Of a DNA stretch of 64,000 bases, positions 10,157 to 19,037 are shown in pieces. The stretch is from an uncultured Chloroflexia bacterium (GTDB taxonomy: Bacteria; Chloroflexota; Ktedonobacteria; Ktedonobacterales; JADMIN01). A program made the translations under genes and the position numbers. The first letter of the stretch is position 1. Every line of letters starts with the position of its first letter. Location: the NCBI GenBank assembly GCA_963701795.1, contig CAVPBB010000001.1:1048109-1112108 (forward strand), read 5' to 3'. The notes under the pieces are model-generated. The model was not told where the DNA came from and did no database searches. It saw only the letters and a list, made by a program, of their open reading frames with translations.

Positions 10157-11266
10157 CTATCCACCGATCATCGACATCGAACGGGCAGTGCGGCGGAAGC
10201 GCTTATCACCGATGTAGTGCTTGAGTTCCTTGTGCCAGACCGCCTCGCGCAGGGCGCGCTCGATCTCGGCGTCGCTCGCGCCAGAGCGGAGCAGCGCCCG
10301 TAGGTCCGTCTCCACCTGGGCAAAGAGGCACGTCCGCAATTGCCCCTCAGCCGTCAGGCGGATGCGGTCACATTGGGCGCAGAACGGCTCGCTGACCGGG
10401 TTGATGAAGCCGACCTCGCCCACCCCATCGGCGAACGTAAAGCGGCGCGCTGTCTCGGAGGGATCGCCAGTCGTGATCGGAACCAGCGGCCCAAACTCCG
10501 TCTCCATGATTGCGCGAATCTCGCCCCCGGTCAGGATGTCCTCTTTGCGCCAGATTTGATCGGCGTCCAGCGGCATAAACTCGATCCAGCGGACAACATA
10601 GCCAGTGCGTCGCGCGAAGTGAGCGAAGTCGAGCACCTCAGCCTCGGTGAATCCCCGCATCGCCACCGCATTGATCTTGATGGGGCGAATCGTCGGGCAG
10701 TCTTCCAGCGCGCGCAGGCCAGCCATCACCTGTTCCAGCGCATCGCGGCGCGTCAATTGCGCGAACCGTTCGCGCTCCAGCGAGTCGAGGCTGACATTGA
10801 TGCGGGTCAGCCCGGCCTCCGCCAATGGGCGCGCCAGCTTCGGCAGCGCGACGCCGTTGGTCGTCAGGCTGAGGCTGGTGAGGCCAGGGGTCGCGCGCAG
10901 CATCCGCACAAGCTCAGGCAGGTCGCGCCGCACCAACGGCTCACCGCCCGTCAGGCGCACCTGGTCGATGCCAATCGACGCGGCGATACGGGTCAGCCGC
11001 GCAATCTCCTCAAAGCTGAGGATGTCGGCGCGCGGCAGCCACGCAAGACCCTCAGCGGGCATGCAATAGACACAGCGGAAATTGCAACGATCCGTCACGG
11101 AGATGCGCATATTGCGGATGCGCCGCCCGTAGCTATCCACCAGCGGACCCGCCAGCGCCTCTGGTGAGGGCGCGTCGTGGGGATCACGCCCTGCGGTGAG
11201 GTCGCGTAGCGCGCGTCGCGTCACTTTTCGCGTACCATCTGTGTCTGTCATACCGTTAGGCCTCAA
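10157..11266 (-). CDS. moaA: GTP 3',8-cyclase MoaA (radical SAM)
   Basis: 'CNFRCVYCMP' CxxxCxxC cluster motif, a C-terminal 'CAQCDRIRLTAEGQLRTCLF' second-cluster region, and an 'IGG' tail. Confidence 0.9.
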   Translation of the reverse strand: MRPNGMTDTDGTRKVTRRALRDLTAGRDPHDAPSPEALAGPLVDSYGRRIRNMRISVTDRCNFRCVYCMPAEGLAWLPRADILSFEEIARLTRIAASIGIDQVRLTGGEPLVRRDLPELVRMLRATPGLTSLSLTTNGVALPKLARPLAEAGLTRINVSLDSLERERFAQLTRRDALEQVMAGLRALEDCPTIRPIKINAVAMRGFTEAEVLDFAHFARRTGYVVRWIEFMPLDADQIWRKEDILTGGEIRAIMETEFGPLVPITTGDPSETARRFTFADGVGEVGFINPVSEPFCAQCDRIRLTAEGQLRTCLFAQVETDLRALLRSGASDAEIERALREAVWHKELKHYIGDKRFRRTARSMSMIGG

Positions 11267-11319
11267 TCACTTGAGCGCACATGCGACCAGTCATCGGCGA
11301 CGCGGCGCCCTCGGCCGCA

Positions 11320-12039
11320 TCAGCCGATGGTTTGCCCGGGCTTGATATCGATCACCTCCACCGAACTCAGCCCGAATGAGCCAAGCGCCTCGCGCAACGC
11401 GGCGGGGGTACCGGTCAGCGCCGGGAACGTCGCATAGTGGACGGGAATCACAGCGGGCGTTTTCAGCAGCCGCATGGCGTAGGCGGCCTCGCGTGGTCCC
11501 ATCGTAAAGAAGTCGCCAATCGGCAGAATCGCGACATCTGGCTGATACAGATCGCCGATGATGACCATGTCGCTAAAGACATTCGTATCCCCGGCGGCAT
11601 AAATCTTGAATCCGTTCTCACAGGTGATGACGTAACCGGCAGCCTCACCTCCATAGATCATCCTATCGCCATCGTTGATGCCGCAGCTATGGTCCGCGTG
11701 CGTCATCGTCACCTTGACGCCGCCCAGGTCGAATGTGCCGCCTTTGTTCATGCCAACGGTGTTCGCGACGCCTTTGCCTTCGAGCCAGCCAGCCAGCTCT
11801 ACGACGGCCACCACATGCTCTGGCTGCGAACCAGCGGCGACAGTAATCGCGTCGCCAATGTGGTCAGAGTGGCCATGCGTGATGAGGATGTCGTCGAGCT
11901 TGCCGACAGTCTTCAGTTCCGCCGGACAGGCCGGGTTCCCTTGCGTCCACGGGTCAATCAGAATCGTCTTGCCGCCCGGTGTACGCAACTGCATCGTCGC
12001 ATGCCCGTACCACGTCAACTGCGCGCCCTTCAGGTCCAT
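11320..12039 (-). CDS. UPF0173-type metal-dependent hydrolase (metallo-beta-lactamase fold)
   Basis: 'ILITHGHSDHIGD' HxHxDH motif. The start was trimmed to the ATG at 12039, preceded by a GGAGG RBS 8 nt upstream. Confidence 0.85.
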   Translation of the reverse strand: MDLKGAQLTWYGHATMQLRTPGGKTILIDPWTQGNPACPAELKTVGKLDDILITHGHSDHIGDAITVAAGSQPEHVVAVVELAGWLEGKGVANTVGMNKGGTFDLGGVKVTMTHADHSCGINDGDRMIYGGEAAGYVITCENGFKIYAAGDTNVFSDMVIIGDLYQPDVAILPIGDFFTMGPREAAYAMRLLKTPAVIPVHYATFPALTGTPAALREALGSFGLSSVEVIDIKPGQTIG

Positions 12040-12166
12040 TTCAGCAGCCTCCGTTGGCCCAATCCCGTTTTTCGTCGCTCGCACAGCCGCCTGTGCGCCG
12101 CGCCTATGCAAACTCTACCACGCGCAGGCGCCTCTCGCGTAGATAGCTGGCGAGCGTGCCGAACGC

Positions 12167-15100
12167 CTACTCGCGCACGGCGAAGTAGACGGCGGCGGGA
12201 TTGGGGACGACAATCGCGGCGGTGGATTGCTCCGGCGTCAACTGATACGACTCGGTGAGCGACACGCCGATGGCCTCTTGCACTCCCAGCACGCGGAAGA
12301 CCCGCTCGTGGTCAGCCAACTCTGGAATCGCCGCATAGCCCCAGCTATAGCGCCGCGCGGCGTTCTCTGGCAGGCCCAGCTCGCTGCGGATGCGCACGTT
12401 CGCGTAGTCGGCCATCGCCTCGGCCATCTGCACACTCAGCCCATGCAGGAAATACGCCTCGGTATAGTCGCCCGCAGCCTGCATGCGCGCTGTCTCCTCA
12501 GACGCGCGCTCGCCCATCGTCACCACCTGAAGCGGAACTACCGCTTCCCGATCGCCGTCTGTAGCGAAGTAGTCGGTCAGGCACAGCAACTCACCGTCAG
12601 GCTGTCGCGGGAAGCTGAAGCGCTCGATCACCTCGGTACGCCGCTCTGGATCGAGGATCAGCAGATCGTCGCCCTCCACCCGCGCGGGGAAATACCCATA
12701 GACCGCGCGCGGGCGCAGCCACCCACGCTGCCGCGCCTGCCGCAGCATCAACTCCAGGCGCGGCTGGAACTCCTCGCGCACCAATCGCTCATACTCTGCG
12801 CCGTGCGCGACGCCACCCCAGCGACCACGGAACAGCGCATTCATATCGAGGCATGCCGCGACATCTTCCACAGCCACGCGATCCATCACGCGCGGCCCCC
12901 AGAATGGCGGCTGCACGTCTGGCGCAAGCGGAATCTCTGGGCGTTCGGCGACGCGCGGGCCGCGCTCTTGCGCCTTGCGCTCGCGCTCAGCCTGGCGTTC
13001 ACGCGCCTTGAGCGCCTCGCTCCTGACCTTGGCGACCAGCGCCTCGCGCCTCGGCTCATCGGTGATCTGGTCCATCAGGTCCAGCCCCTCGAAGGCGTCG
13101 CGCGCATAGAAGACACCCGGCGCATATGTCTCGGTCGCCGTGTCATCGCCGCCGTAGAGCACGCGGTAGCCATACGCGCGATTGATCGCCGCCCCGCCGA
13201 TGATGACCGGAATCTTGAGGCCGCGCCGCTCCAGCTCCTGCACACAGAGCGGCATCTGCTTCGACGTGCTCACCAGCAGCGCCGAGAGGCCAATCGCATC
13301 GGCGTTGACCTCGACCGCCTTCTCGATGATCGTATTGATCGGCGTCTGCTTCCCAAGGTCGTAGGTCGTGTAGCCGTTATTGGAGAGAATGGTATTCACG
13401 AGGTTTTTGCCGATGTCATGCACATCGCCAAAGACCGTCGCCAGCACCACGCGCCCTTTGGTGTAGCCCTCCGCGCGCTCAAGATAGCGCTCCAGATGCG
13501 CAACCGACCGCTTCATCACCTCAGCCGACTGCAACACAAACGGCAGAATCAACTCGCCTGCGCCAAAGCGATCGCCAACATCTTTCATCGCGGGAAGCAG
13601 CGTAGAGTTCAGCGTATCGACTGCGGCGTGCGAGAAGGCGCTGTTGGTCTGCCAGCCATCGATCGGCTCACCGGGCGCAGGCGCGCCTTCTGGCCGCGCG
13701 GTGGGCAAGGCGTCCTCTGGCGCCAGCCCCGCGACACGGTAGGCCACGGCGGCGTCGATCAGCGCCTCGACGCCCTCTTTCTTGCGGTGCAGAATCTGGT
13801 AGTGCAGCCGCTGATCCACCGTCATCCCGGCGGTTGGGTCGGCCACCTCTACCTTCTGCGCCGATGCGCCGTGCTGTTCGTAGTAGACGATGAAGCGCGG
13901 CAAGGCTTCCTCAGAGCGATTGAACAGCAGGTCATCGCAGATCGCCCGCTCCTCGGCATCGATCTCGGTGTACGGTGTGATGTGCGCGGGATTGACAATC
14001 GCCGCGTCAAGGCCAGCCTGCACCGCATGGTAGAGGAAGACGCTGTTCAACGCGGCCCGTGCGTGGGGCGTCACGCCGAACGAGACATTGCTGACCCCCA
14101 GCATCGTCAGCGCGCCCGGCAGCTCAGCCTTCACGCGCCTGATCGCCTCCAACGTCTGCAATGCGCTGTCGCGTAGCTCCTCCTGCCCGGTTGTCACCGG
14201 GAAGGTCAGCGTGTCGAAGAGCAGCGCCTGCGGTGGCAGGCCATACTCGTCAGTGGCGATCTCATAGATGCGGCGGGCGATGGCGACCTTGCGGTCAGCC
14301 GTCTTGCCCATGCCCTCCTCGTCAATCGTCAGCGCGACGACCGCCGAGCCATGTTCGCGCGCCAGCGGCAGCACACTATCCACCCGCAGGCGTCCGTTCT
14401 CCAGGTTGATGCTGTTGATAACGGCCCGCCCAGGATAGGTCTCCAGCGCCGCCTTGATGACACTCGCCTCAGTCGAGTCGAGAATCAGCGGCGCCTCGAT
14501 GCTCATCTCCAGCTTCTTGACCGCCTGGCGCATCTGCTGAATCTCGTCGCCACGCTCAGTCAGCGCCACGCACACATCCAGCGTATGCGCGCCACCGTCC
14601 ACCTGTCCGCGCGCCACCTGCGTCAGCGTGTCGTAGTCATCGGCGAGCAACGCCTGCTTGATCTTGCGGCTGCCCTGCGAATTGACTCGTTCGCCAATAA
14701 TCATCGGCGCGGGGTCCTGGCGCAGCGAAACCGCTCGCACAGCGGAGGCGACCAGCAAAGCTGTGCGGTCGCGCGTCTCAGCGGGGAAGCTTGCCAGCCG
14801 TTCAGGCGCCGTTCGCTGCTTCGCCGCCGGAAGCGCCGCAATGCGCTCCGCGACCTGGCGAATATGCTCTGGCGTGGTGCCACAGCAGCCGCCGACGATA
14901 TTCACGCCGAACTCGCCGACAAACTCGGCCAGCGCCTCGGCCAGCGGCGCAGGTTGCATCGGATAGACCGCGCGCCCATTGGCGTTGAGCGGCAGCCCGG
15001 CGTTGGGGATGGTGCAGATCGGCGTGTCGATATTCTCGGTGAGCCAGCGCACCGGCTCACGCATGTGCTCTGGCCCGGTCGAACAGTTGAGACCGATGAC

Positions 15101-15820
15101 ATCCACATTCAGGTGGCGCAATATCGTTGCCGCCGCCGCCACCTCTGTGCCTAGCAGCATGCGTCCACTTGTGTCGAGCGTCACCTGCGCCTGAATCGGC
15201 AGCGTCACGCCGAGCTGCTCGAACGCCAACCGAATGCCGTGGATCGCCGCGCGCACTTCGAGGATGTCCTGGCTGGTCTCGATCAAAAGCAGGTCTACGC
15301 CGCCGTCGATCAGCGCCGCCGCCTGCTCGCGAAACAGCTCTGCCAGCTCGGCGTAGGTGATGTTGCTCAGCGAGGGGTCGTCAGACGATGGCAGCATGCC
15401 CGTTGGCCCCATCGAGCCTGCAACGAATCGCGGGCGCTCAGCGGAGGCGAACTCGTCGGCGGCGGCGCGGGCCAGCCGCGCGGCGGCGCTATTGATCTCA
15501 TGCGTGCGCTCGCCCAGGTCATAGTCGTCGAGCTTGAGCCGCGTGCCAGTAAACGTATCCGTCTCGATGACGTCAGCGCCGGCGGTGAGATAAGCGCGAT
15601 GAATGGCGCTAATGGCGTCTGGACGTGTTACGGCCAGAATCTCCGGGCAGCCATCGTAGCGCTCGCCACCATAATCGCTGGCGGTAAGGTCGAGGCCCTG
15701 AATCTGCGTCCCCATCGCGCCATCGTAAATCAGCACACGCCGTCGCGCCTCGGCGAGATAGCGGCTCTCGCGCGCCACGTCCGCCTTCGCGCCCGTTGTC
15801 TTGTCCGCCACAGATGCCAA
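12167..15820 (-). CDS. metH: cobalamin-dependent methionine synthase MetH
   Basis: 1217 aa covering Hcy-binding, pterin-binding, B12-binding ('GDVHDIGKN' DxHxxG) and AdoMet activation regions. TTG start 8 nt after AGGAGGG. Confidence 0.95.
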   Translation of the reverse strand: MASVADKTTGAKADVARESRYLAEARRRVLIYDGAMGTQIQGLDLTASDYGGERYDGCPEILAVTRPDAISAIHRAYLTAGADVIETDTFTGTRLKLDDYDLGERTHEINSAAARLARAAADEFASAERPRFVAGSMGPTGMLPSSDDPSLSNITYAELAELFREQAAALIDGGVDLLLIETSQDILEVRAAIHGIRLAFEQLGVTLPIQAQVTLDTSGRMLLGTEVAAAATILRHLNVDVIGLNCSTGPEHMREPVRWLTENIDTPICTIPNAGLPLNANGRAVYPMQPAPLAEALAEFVGEFGVNIVGGCCGTTPEHIRQVAERIAALPAAKQRTAPERLASFPAETRDRTALLVASAVRAVSLRQDPAPMIIGERVNSQGSRKIKQALLADDYDTLTQVARGQVDGGAHTLDVCVALTERGDEIQQMRQAVKKLEMSIEAPLILDSTEASVIKAALETYPGRAVINSINLENGRLRVDSVLPLAREHGSAVVALTIDEEGMGKTADRKVAIARRIYEIATDEYGLPPQALLFDTLTFPVTTGQEELRDSALQTLEAIRRVKAELPGALTMLGVSNVSFGVTPHARAALNSVFLYHAVQAGLDAAIVNPAHITPYTEIDAEERAICDDLLFNRSEEALPRFIVYYEQHGASAQKVEVADPTAGMTVDQRLHYQILHRKKEGVEALIDAAVAYRVAGLAPEDALPTARPEGAPAPGEPIDGWQTNSAFSHAAVDTLNSTLLPAMKDVGDRFGAGELILPFVLQSAEVMKRSVAHLERYLERAEGYTKGRVVLATVFGDVHDIGKNLVNTILSNNGYTTYDLGKQTPINTIIEKAVEVNADAIGLSALLVSTSKQMPLCVQELERRGLKIPVIIGGAAINRAYGYRVLYGGDDTATETYAPGVFYARDAFEGLDLMDQITDEPRREALVAKVRSEALKARERQAERERKAQERGPRVAERPEIPLAPDVQPPFWGPRVMDRVAVEDVAACLDMNALFRGRWGGVAHGAEYERLVREEFQPRLELMLRQARQRGWLRPRAVYGYFPARVEGDDLLILDPERRTEVIERFSFPRQPDGELLCLTDYFATDGDREAVVPLQVVTMGERASEETARMQAAGDYTEAYFLHGLSVQMAEAMADYANVRIRSELGLPENAARRYSWGYAAIPELADHERVFRVLGVQEAIGVSLTESYQLTPEQSTAAIVVPNPAAVYFAVRE

Positions 15821-15994
15821 AGTCTATGCCCTCCTGCCAAAGAGCGCCACGTCGCGCCGTGCCGATAGCGCAGCCACTGCGCTGTATTGTATCGCGCACG
15901 AGCGCCCAATGCGAGCGACTTTTGTCACGGACACAAACCAGCTGCCGCGAGCGCGCCCGGCGCGTCGGCTGCGCGACCGTATTCTCTCCGGGTC

Positions 15995-16531
15995 TCAGCG
16001 CCGCTGGGCATACTCCACCAGAGCGGCCACCAGTTCGCGCAGAAAGTCCGGGATGTCCTCGACGACGCGCCCCCAGACGACATTCCCTGAGCGGAATGCT
16101 GGCTCATCAGCCCAGGTCGCGCCTGCGTTCACCATATCGTCGCGGATACCGCGCGAACCAGTAACCCGCATGCCCTGAACAATGTCAGCAGAAGCGGCGA
16201 CCCATCCGCCATGGCAGATGACGGCGATGATCTTCCCTGCGGCATGTGTCTCGCGCGTGATCCGCAGCACATCCTCACTGCGGCGCAGTTTGTCTGGCGC
16301 CCAGCCGCCGGGGACGACAAGGCCATCGAGTTGCGCTGCCCTGACCTCGCTCGCCGCCACCTCCGGCGTCGCGGTCAGGCAATGTTTCGCCGTCACTTTG
16401 TCATGTGAAAGGCCGATGACGAGCGTGCGCGCGCCTTCCTCACGTAGACGCATCACCGGAACCCAGAACTCCAGGTCCTCGAACCCTTCGGCGACAAAGA
16501 CACCGATCGTCATTCCATCCAGCCGTGGCAT
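15995..16531 (-). CDS. DJ-1/PfpI family protein (type 1 glutamine amidotransferase-like)
   Basis: 'IAVICHGGWV' nucleophile-elbow motif, 178 aa, AAGGAG RBS. Confidence 0.85.
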   Translation of the reverse strand: MPRLDGMTIGVFVAEGFEDLEFWVPVMRLREEGARTLVIGLSHDKVTAKHCLTATPEVAASEVRAAQLDGLVVPGGWAPDKLRRSEDVLRITRETHAAGKIIAVICHGGWVAASADIVQGMRVTGSRGIRDDMVNAGATWADEPAFRSGNVVWGRVVEDIPDFLRELVAALVEYAQRR

Positions 16532-16631
16532 CGCTCAACTCCTTCACGGTCTTCGATCAGCCAGCGCCCACATTGGCGCATCCACCCGTCTCAGCCCGCA
16601 AGTAGAACGCCACGAGTATCCACGTCCGCCA

Positions 16632-17093
16632 TCATGTTCCGTGAATGGTGAACGTAGCCAGGATCGCATACAACGGACACGGCTGCTTCGGCAGGCAGAG
16701 CGCGCCGCCGTTGATCTCGACGCTCGCGTCGCCAACCTGCGCCACCTGGTATTCCCAGACGCACTCGCCATGCTCCAGCGCGCCCTGCGCTCCGACGGGG
16801 GTGAGCGCGTCCGCTGGCGTCACAACAGCGGCGTGCCAGGCATGCTGACCATCCATACGAATCTCGACAACCGACCCTACCGCAGCCGTCGCGACATGAT
16901 CGGCGTCAGTGGAGCGCAAAGTCACGCTCGGCGCGCCACCGCCCGCCAATACGGCGCCATCGCAGGGCAGCGCAGTGGCGCTGGTCGAGCCGCCACCTAT
17001 CGACCCCAGGCCGTTGCAGCCCGCCACCAGCAGCGCCACCAGCGCCAGCGCCATCTGCGCCGCCAGCCAACGACGCCAACCGTTTACGCGCAT
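16632..17093 (-). CDS. putative lipoprotein, function unknown
   Basis: Start trimmed to the ATG at 17093. Signal peptide with lipobox 'LLVAGC', followed by a small beta-rich domain. Confidence 0.55.
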   Translation of the reverse strand: MRVNGWRRWLAAQMALALVALLVAGCNGLGSIGGGSTSATALPCDGAVLAGGGAPSVTLRSTDADHVATAAVGSVVEIRMDGQHAWHAAVVTPADALTPVGAQGALEHGECVWEYQVAQVGDASVEINGGALCLPKQPCPLYAILATFTIHGT

Positions 17094-17126
17094 ACCGGCA
17101 ACTCCCCTCGGCCAGGCAGCGCGCAG

Positions 17127-17156
17127 GTGACAGTCGCCAGCGCATCGCCGTATACT
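17127..17156 (+). promoter_or_regulatory. sigma-70-like promoter GTGACA-18-TATACT upstream of the GNAT gene
   Basis: Hexamers were read directly. They lie about 95 nt upstream of the ATG at 17252, in a divergent intergenic region. Confidence 0.35.
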
Positions 17157-17251
17157 ACAGCGCAGCCTCACCAAAGCTGACGCGCCGCGCCAGCAAAAGG
17201 TTCCAGAGCGCATGCGGCGCCACTTCTCATACATCAAGGGGAGACTATGCC

Positions 17252-17848
17252 ATGATTCAGCCGGTACGCTTTCCGAGCCAGATTCCGCTCTTCGACGAGC
17301 TGTCTGGCGAGCGCATCATCATGCGACCGCACCGGCTGGAGGATTTCGACGCAATCTGGGAGAACATCCAGGAATCGCGCGATGAACTGCGCCCGTGGCT
17401 GCCGTTCGCCGACGAGCCGTCCGAGGATTTGCGCGACTGGCTCGCTCGCGCGCTAGCGAAGTGGATCACCCGCGAATTGTTGGACATGGCCATCGTGGAG
17501 CGCGAGAGTGGCCACATCGTCGGCGACATCGGATTGATGGTTAAGCCTCACGGTTGGGATATCGGCTCATTCGAGATCGGCTACTGGCTGCGCACGAGCG
17601 CAGCTGGGCATGGCTACATGAGTGAGGCAGTGCGCCTCGTCACCGACTTCGCCTTCGAGCATCTCAACGCCAACCGTGTGATGATTCGCTGCGACGCGGA
17701 GAACACGCGCAGCGCCGCTGTGCCACAACGCCTCGGCTTCACGCTGGAGGGCCGCATGCGACGCGACTTCGCCGCGCCAGATGGCAAGATTCGCGATACC
17801 CTCGTCTTCTCGCTCATCCGCGATGACCCGCGCTGGCCGCCACGCTAG
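17252..17848 (+). CDS. GNAT family N-acetyltransferase (RimJ/RimL-like)
   Basis: 'GHGYMSEAVRLVTDFAFEHLNANRVMIRCDAENTRSAAVPQRLGFTLEG' acetyl-CoA binding core. GGGGAG RBS. Confidence 0.85.
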   Translation: MIQPVRFPSQIPLFDELSGERIIMRPHRLEDFDAIWENIQESRDELRPWLPFADEPSEDLRDWLARALAKWITRELLDMAIVERESGHIVGDIGLMVKPHGWDIGSFEIGYWLRTSAAGHGYMSEAVRLVTDFAFEHLNANRVMIRCDAENTRSAAVPQRLGFTLEGRMRRDFAAPDGKIRDTLVFSLIRDDPRWPPR

Positions 17849-17878
17849 CGGATGCGCCGCCGTTGCGCCAAACAGAAG

Positions 17879-17903
17879 CCCCCGCCATCGCACATGGTGG
17901 GGG
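17879..17903. terminator. hairpin between convergent genes (10-bp stem with one G-U, loop CGCAC)
   Basis: CCCCCGCCAT-CGCAC-ATGGTGGGGG, located between the stops at 17848 (+) and 17934 (-). Confidence 0.45.
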
Positions 17904-17933
17904 CGCGCGCGGGAAAACGCTTGCAGCAGTCTG

Positions 17934-18164
17934 CTAGCGAATGCGGTTGACCGTCTTGCCCATGAATTTGCCGAAGAACTTGTATGCCCACTTGCGCAGG
18001 AAATAGCGCTCGATGCGCTTGGGATCACCACTTGAGAGCGCCTCGGTCATGTAGATGGCGCTATCGACTTTGCGCGCATCGTGAGCGACTTTGTGCTCCT
18101 GCGCTGCGGCATGCTTCAGACCGCTCGCAGCCCCGTGCTGCTCTTTCGACTGCCCCTTACTCAT
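17934..18164 (-). CDS. small basic hypothetical protein (76 aa)
   Basis: Start trimmed to the ATG at 18164, with a GAGGGAGG RBS 7 nt upstream and a promoter at 18250..18278. No family was recognised. Confidence 0.5.
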   Translation of the reverse strand: MSKGQSKEQHGAASGLKHAAAQEHKVAHDARKVDSAIYMTEALSSGDPKRIERYFLRKWAYKFFGKFMGKTVNRIR

Positions 18165-18249
18165 CAGGTCGCCTCCCTCGTGATTGCGTTCGCCACTCCC
18201 TACGACGGGGCACAGGCCATCAGGCTCTCGGCTGCTGACCACATATCGC

Positions 18250-18278
18250 ATGTTAGGCAAGCGCCCGGCTGGTGTCAA
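18250..18278 (-). promoter_or_regulatory. sigma-70-like promoter TTGACA-17-TAACAT for the 76-aa gene
   Basis: The reverse complement reads TTGACA CCAGCCGGGCGCTTGCC TAACAT. It directly abuts the 26-bp palindrome. Confidence 0.45.
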
Positions 18279-18284
18279 ACCTGC

Positions 18285-18310
18285 CGCCGATTGGGGCGCC
18301 CCAATCGGCG
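18285..18310. promoter_or_regulatory. perfect 26-bp palindrome CGCCGATTGGGGC|GCCCCAATCGGCG; candidate operator
   Basis: Read directly; there are no mismatches and no loop. It lies in the divergent intergenic region between the 18164 (-) and 18377 (+) starts. Confidence 0.6.
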
Positions 18311-18376
18311 ATACCGCCTCATGTGTTCGTATCATGCGGTGTGCAATGCGCCGCTGCGGCGCAGGAGGAGTACGAT

Positions 18377-18892
18377 ATGAATACGCCAGGCTATCGTGAC
18401 TGCCCAGGATGCGGCCTCCACTTGCCGATGTCAGACGCCCCAGCCGATGAACGCTTCAATGCGTCTCCCGAATGCTGGCAGATCTACGGCGAACTGACCG
18501 GCTATACCATTGCGGCTGCGCAGGCAGCCCACGATACCGCCTTCATCCACCAGCATCTGGTCGATGCGTATGCCGTCCAGCATGTCGGGGAACAGGTCCG
18601 CCCGATGACCGTCGCGTTCGGACTCATCGGCCTCTACCTGGCCTGCGAAAAGGGCTGCTCTGGCAAGCAAGTACAGCACATGCATCTCTTGCTGTCCCGG
18701 CGCGCGAAGACATGGCCCGTGTTTACGCGGCCTGCTCACATGGAGGCGTTGACGGTCCAGGATGTGCTACAAGCGCAACCCGGCGAGGATCGCGATGCGA
18801 TGCTGCGACGTTGGAGCCAATCGGTGTGGGATGCGTGGGGTCAGGAGCATGAGCGTGTCAAGGCATTGATCGCGCGTGTCATGGACGATTGA
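18377..18892 (+). CDS. hypothetical protein with N-terminal CxxC motif (possibly a DUF5946-like family)
   Basis: Start trimmed to the ATG at 18377, after a GGAGGAG RBS. 'CPGCGLHLP...ECWQIYGELTGYT'. The family name is recalled, not verified. Confidence 0.6.
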   Translation: MNTPGYRDCPGCGLHLPMSDAPADERFNASPECWQIYGELTGYTIAAAQAAHDTAFIHQHLVDAYAVQHVGEQVRPMTVAFGLIGLYLACEKGCSGKQVQHMHLLLSRRAKTWPVFTRPAHMEALTVQDVLQAQPGEDRDAMLRRWSQSVWDAWGQEHERVKALIARVMDD

Positions 18893-19037
18893 TCACGTCG
18901 CCTCAGACCGCCGACGCGCGCATTGCACCGAAAGCGCCTGGTCAGTTGCCCGGATCGCGGCGAAACATGTACCTGTATTACCAGACGTGTTCGTGAGCGA
19001 TGCGCAACCACCTGGCCGCGAGAGGAAACGTCCACCG

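Noticed and set aside
11267-11319. Moco riboswitch upstream of moaA.
   Set aside because: Only 53 nt separate moaA from the upstream gene stop, which is too short for the motif of about 130 nt.
15821-15994. Riboswitch (SAM or cobalamin) in the 174-nt spacer upstream of metH.
   Set aside because: I could not find the conserved cores of SAM-I/II/IV or the B12 box. The region is better explained by a TACAAT -10 element, a small AGCGCAG-UGG-CUGCGCU hairpin and the RBS. An Rfam scan would be decisive.
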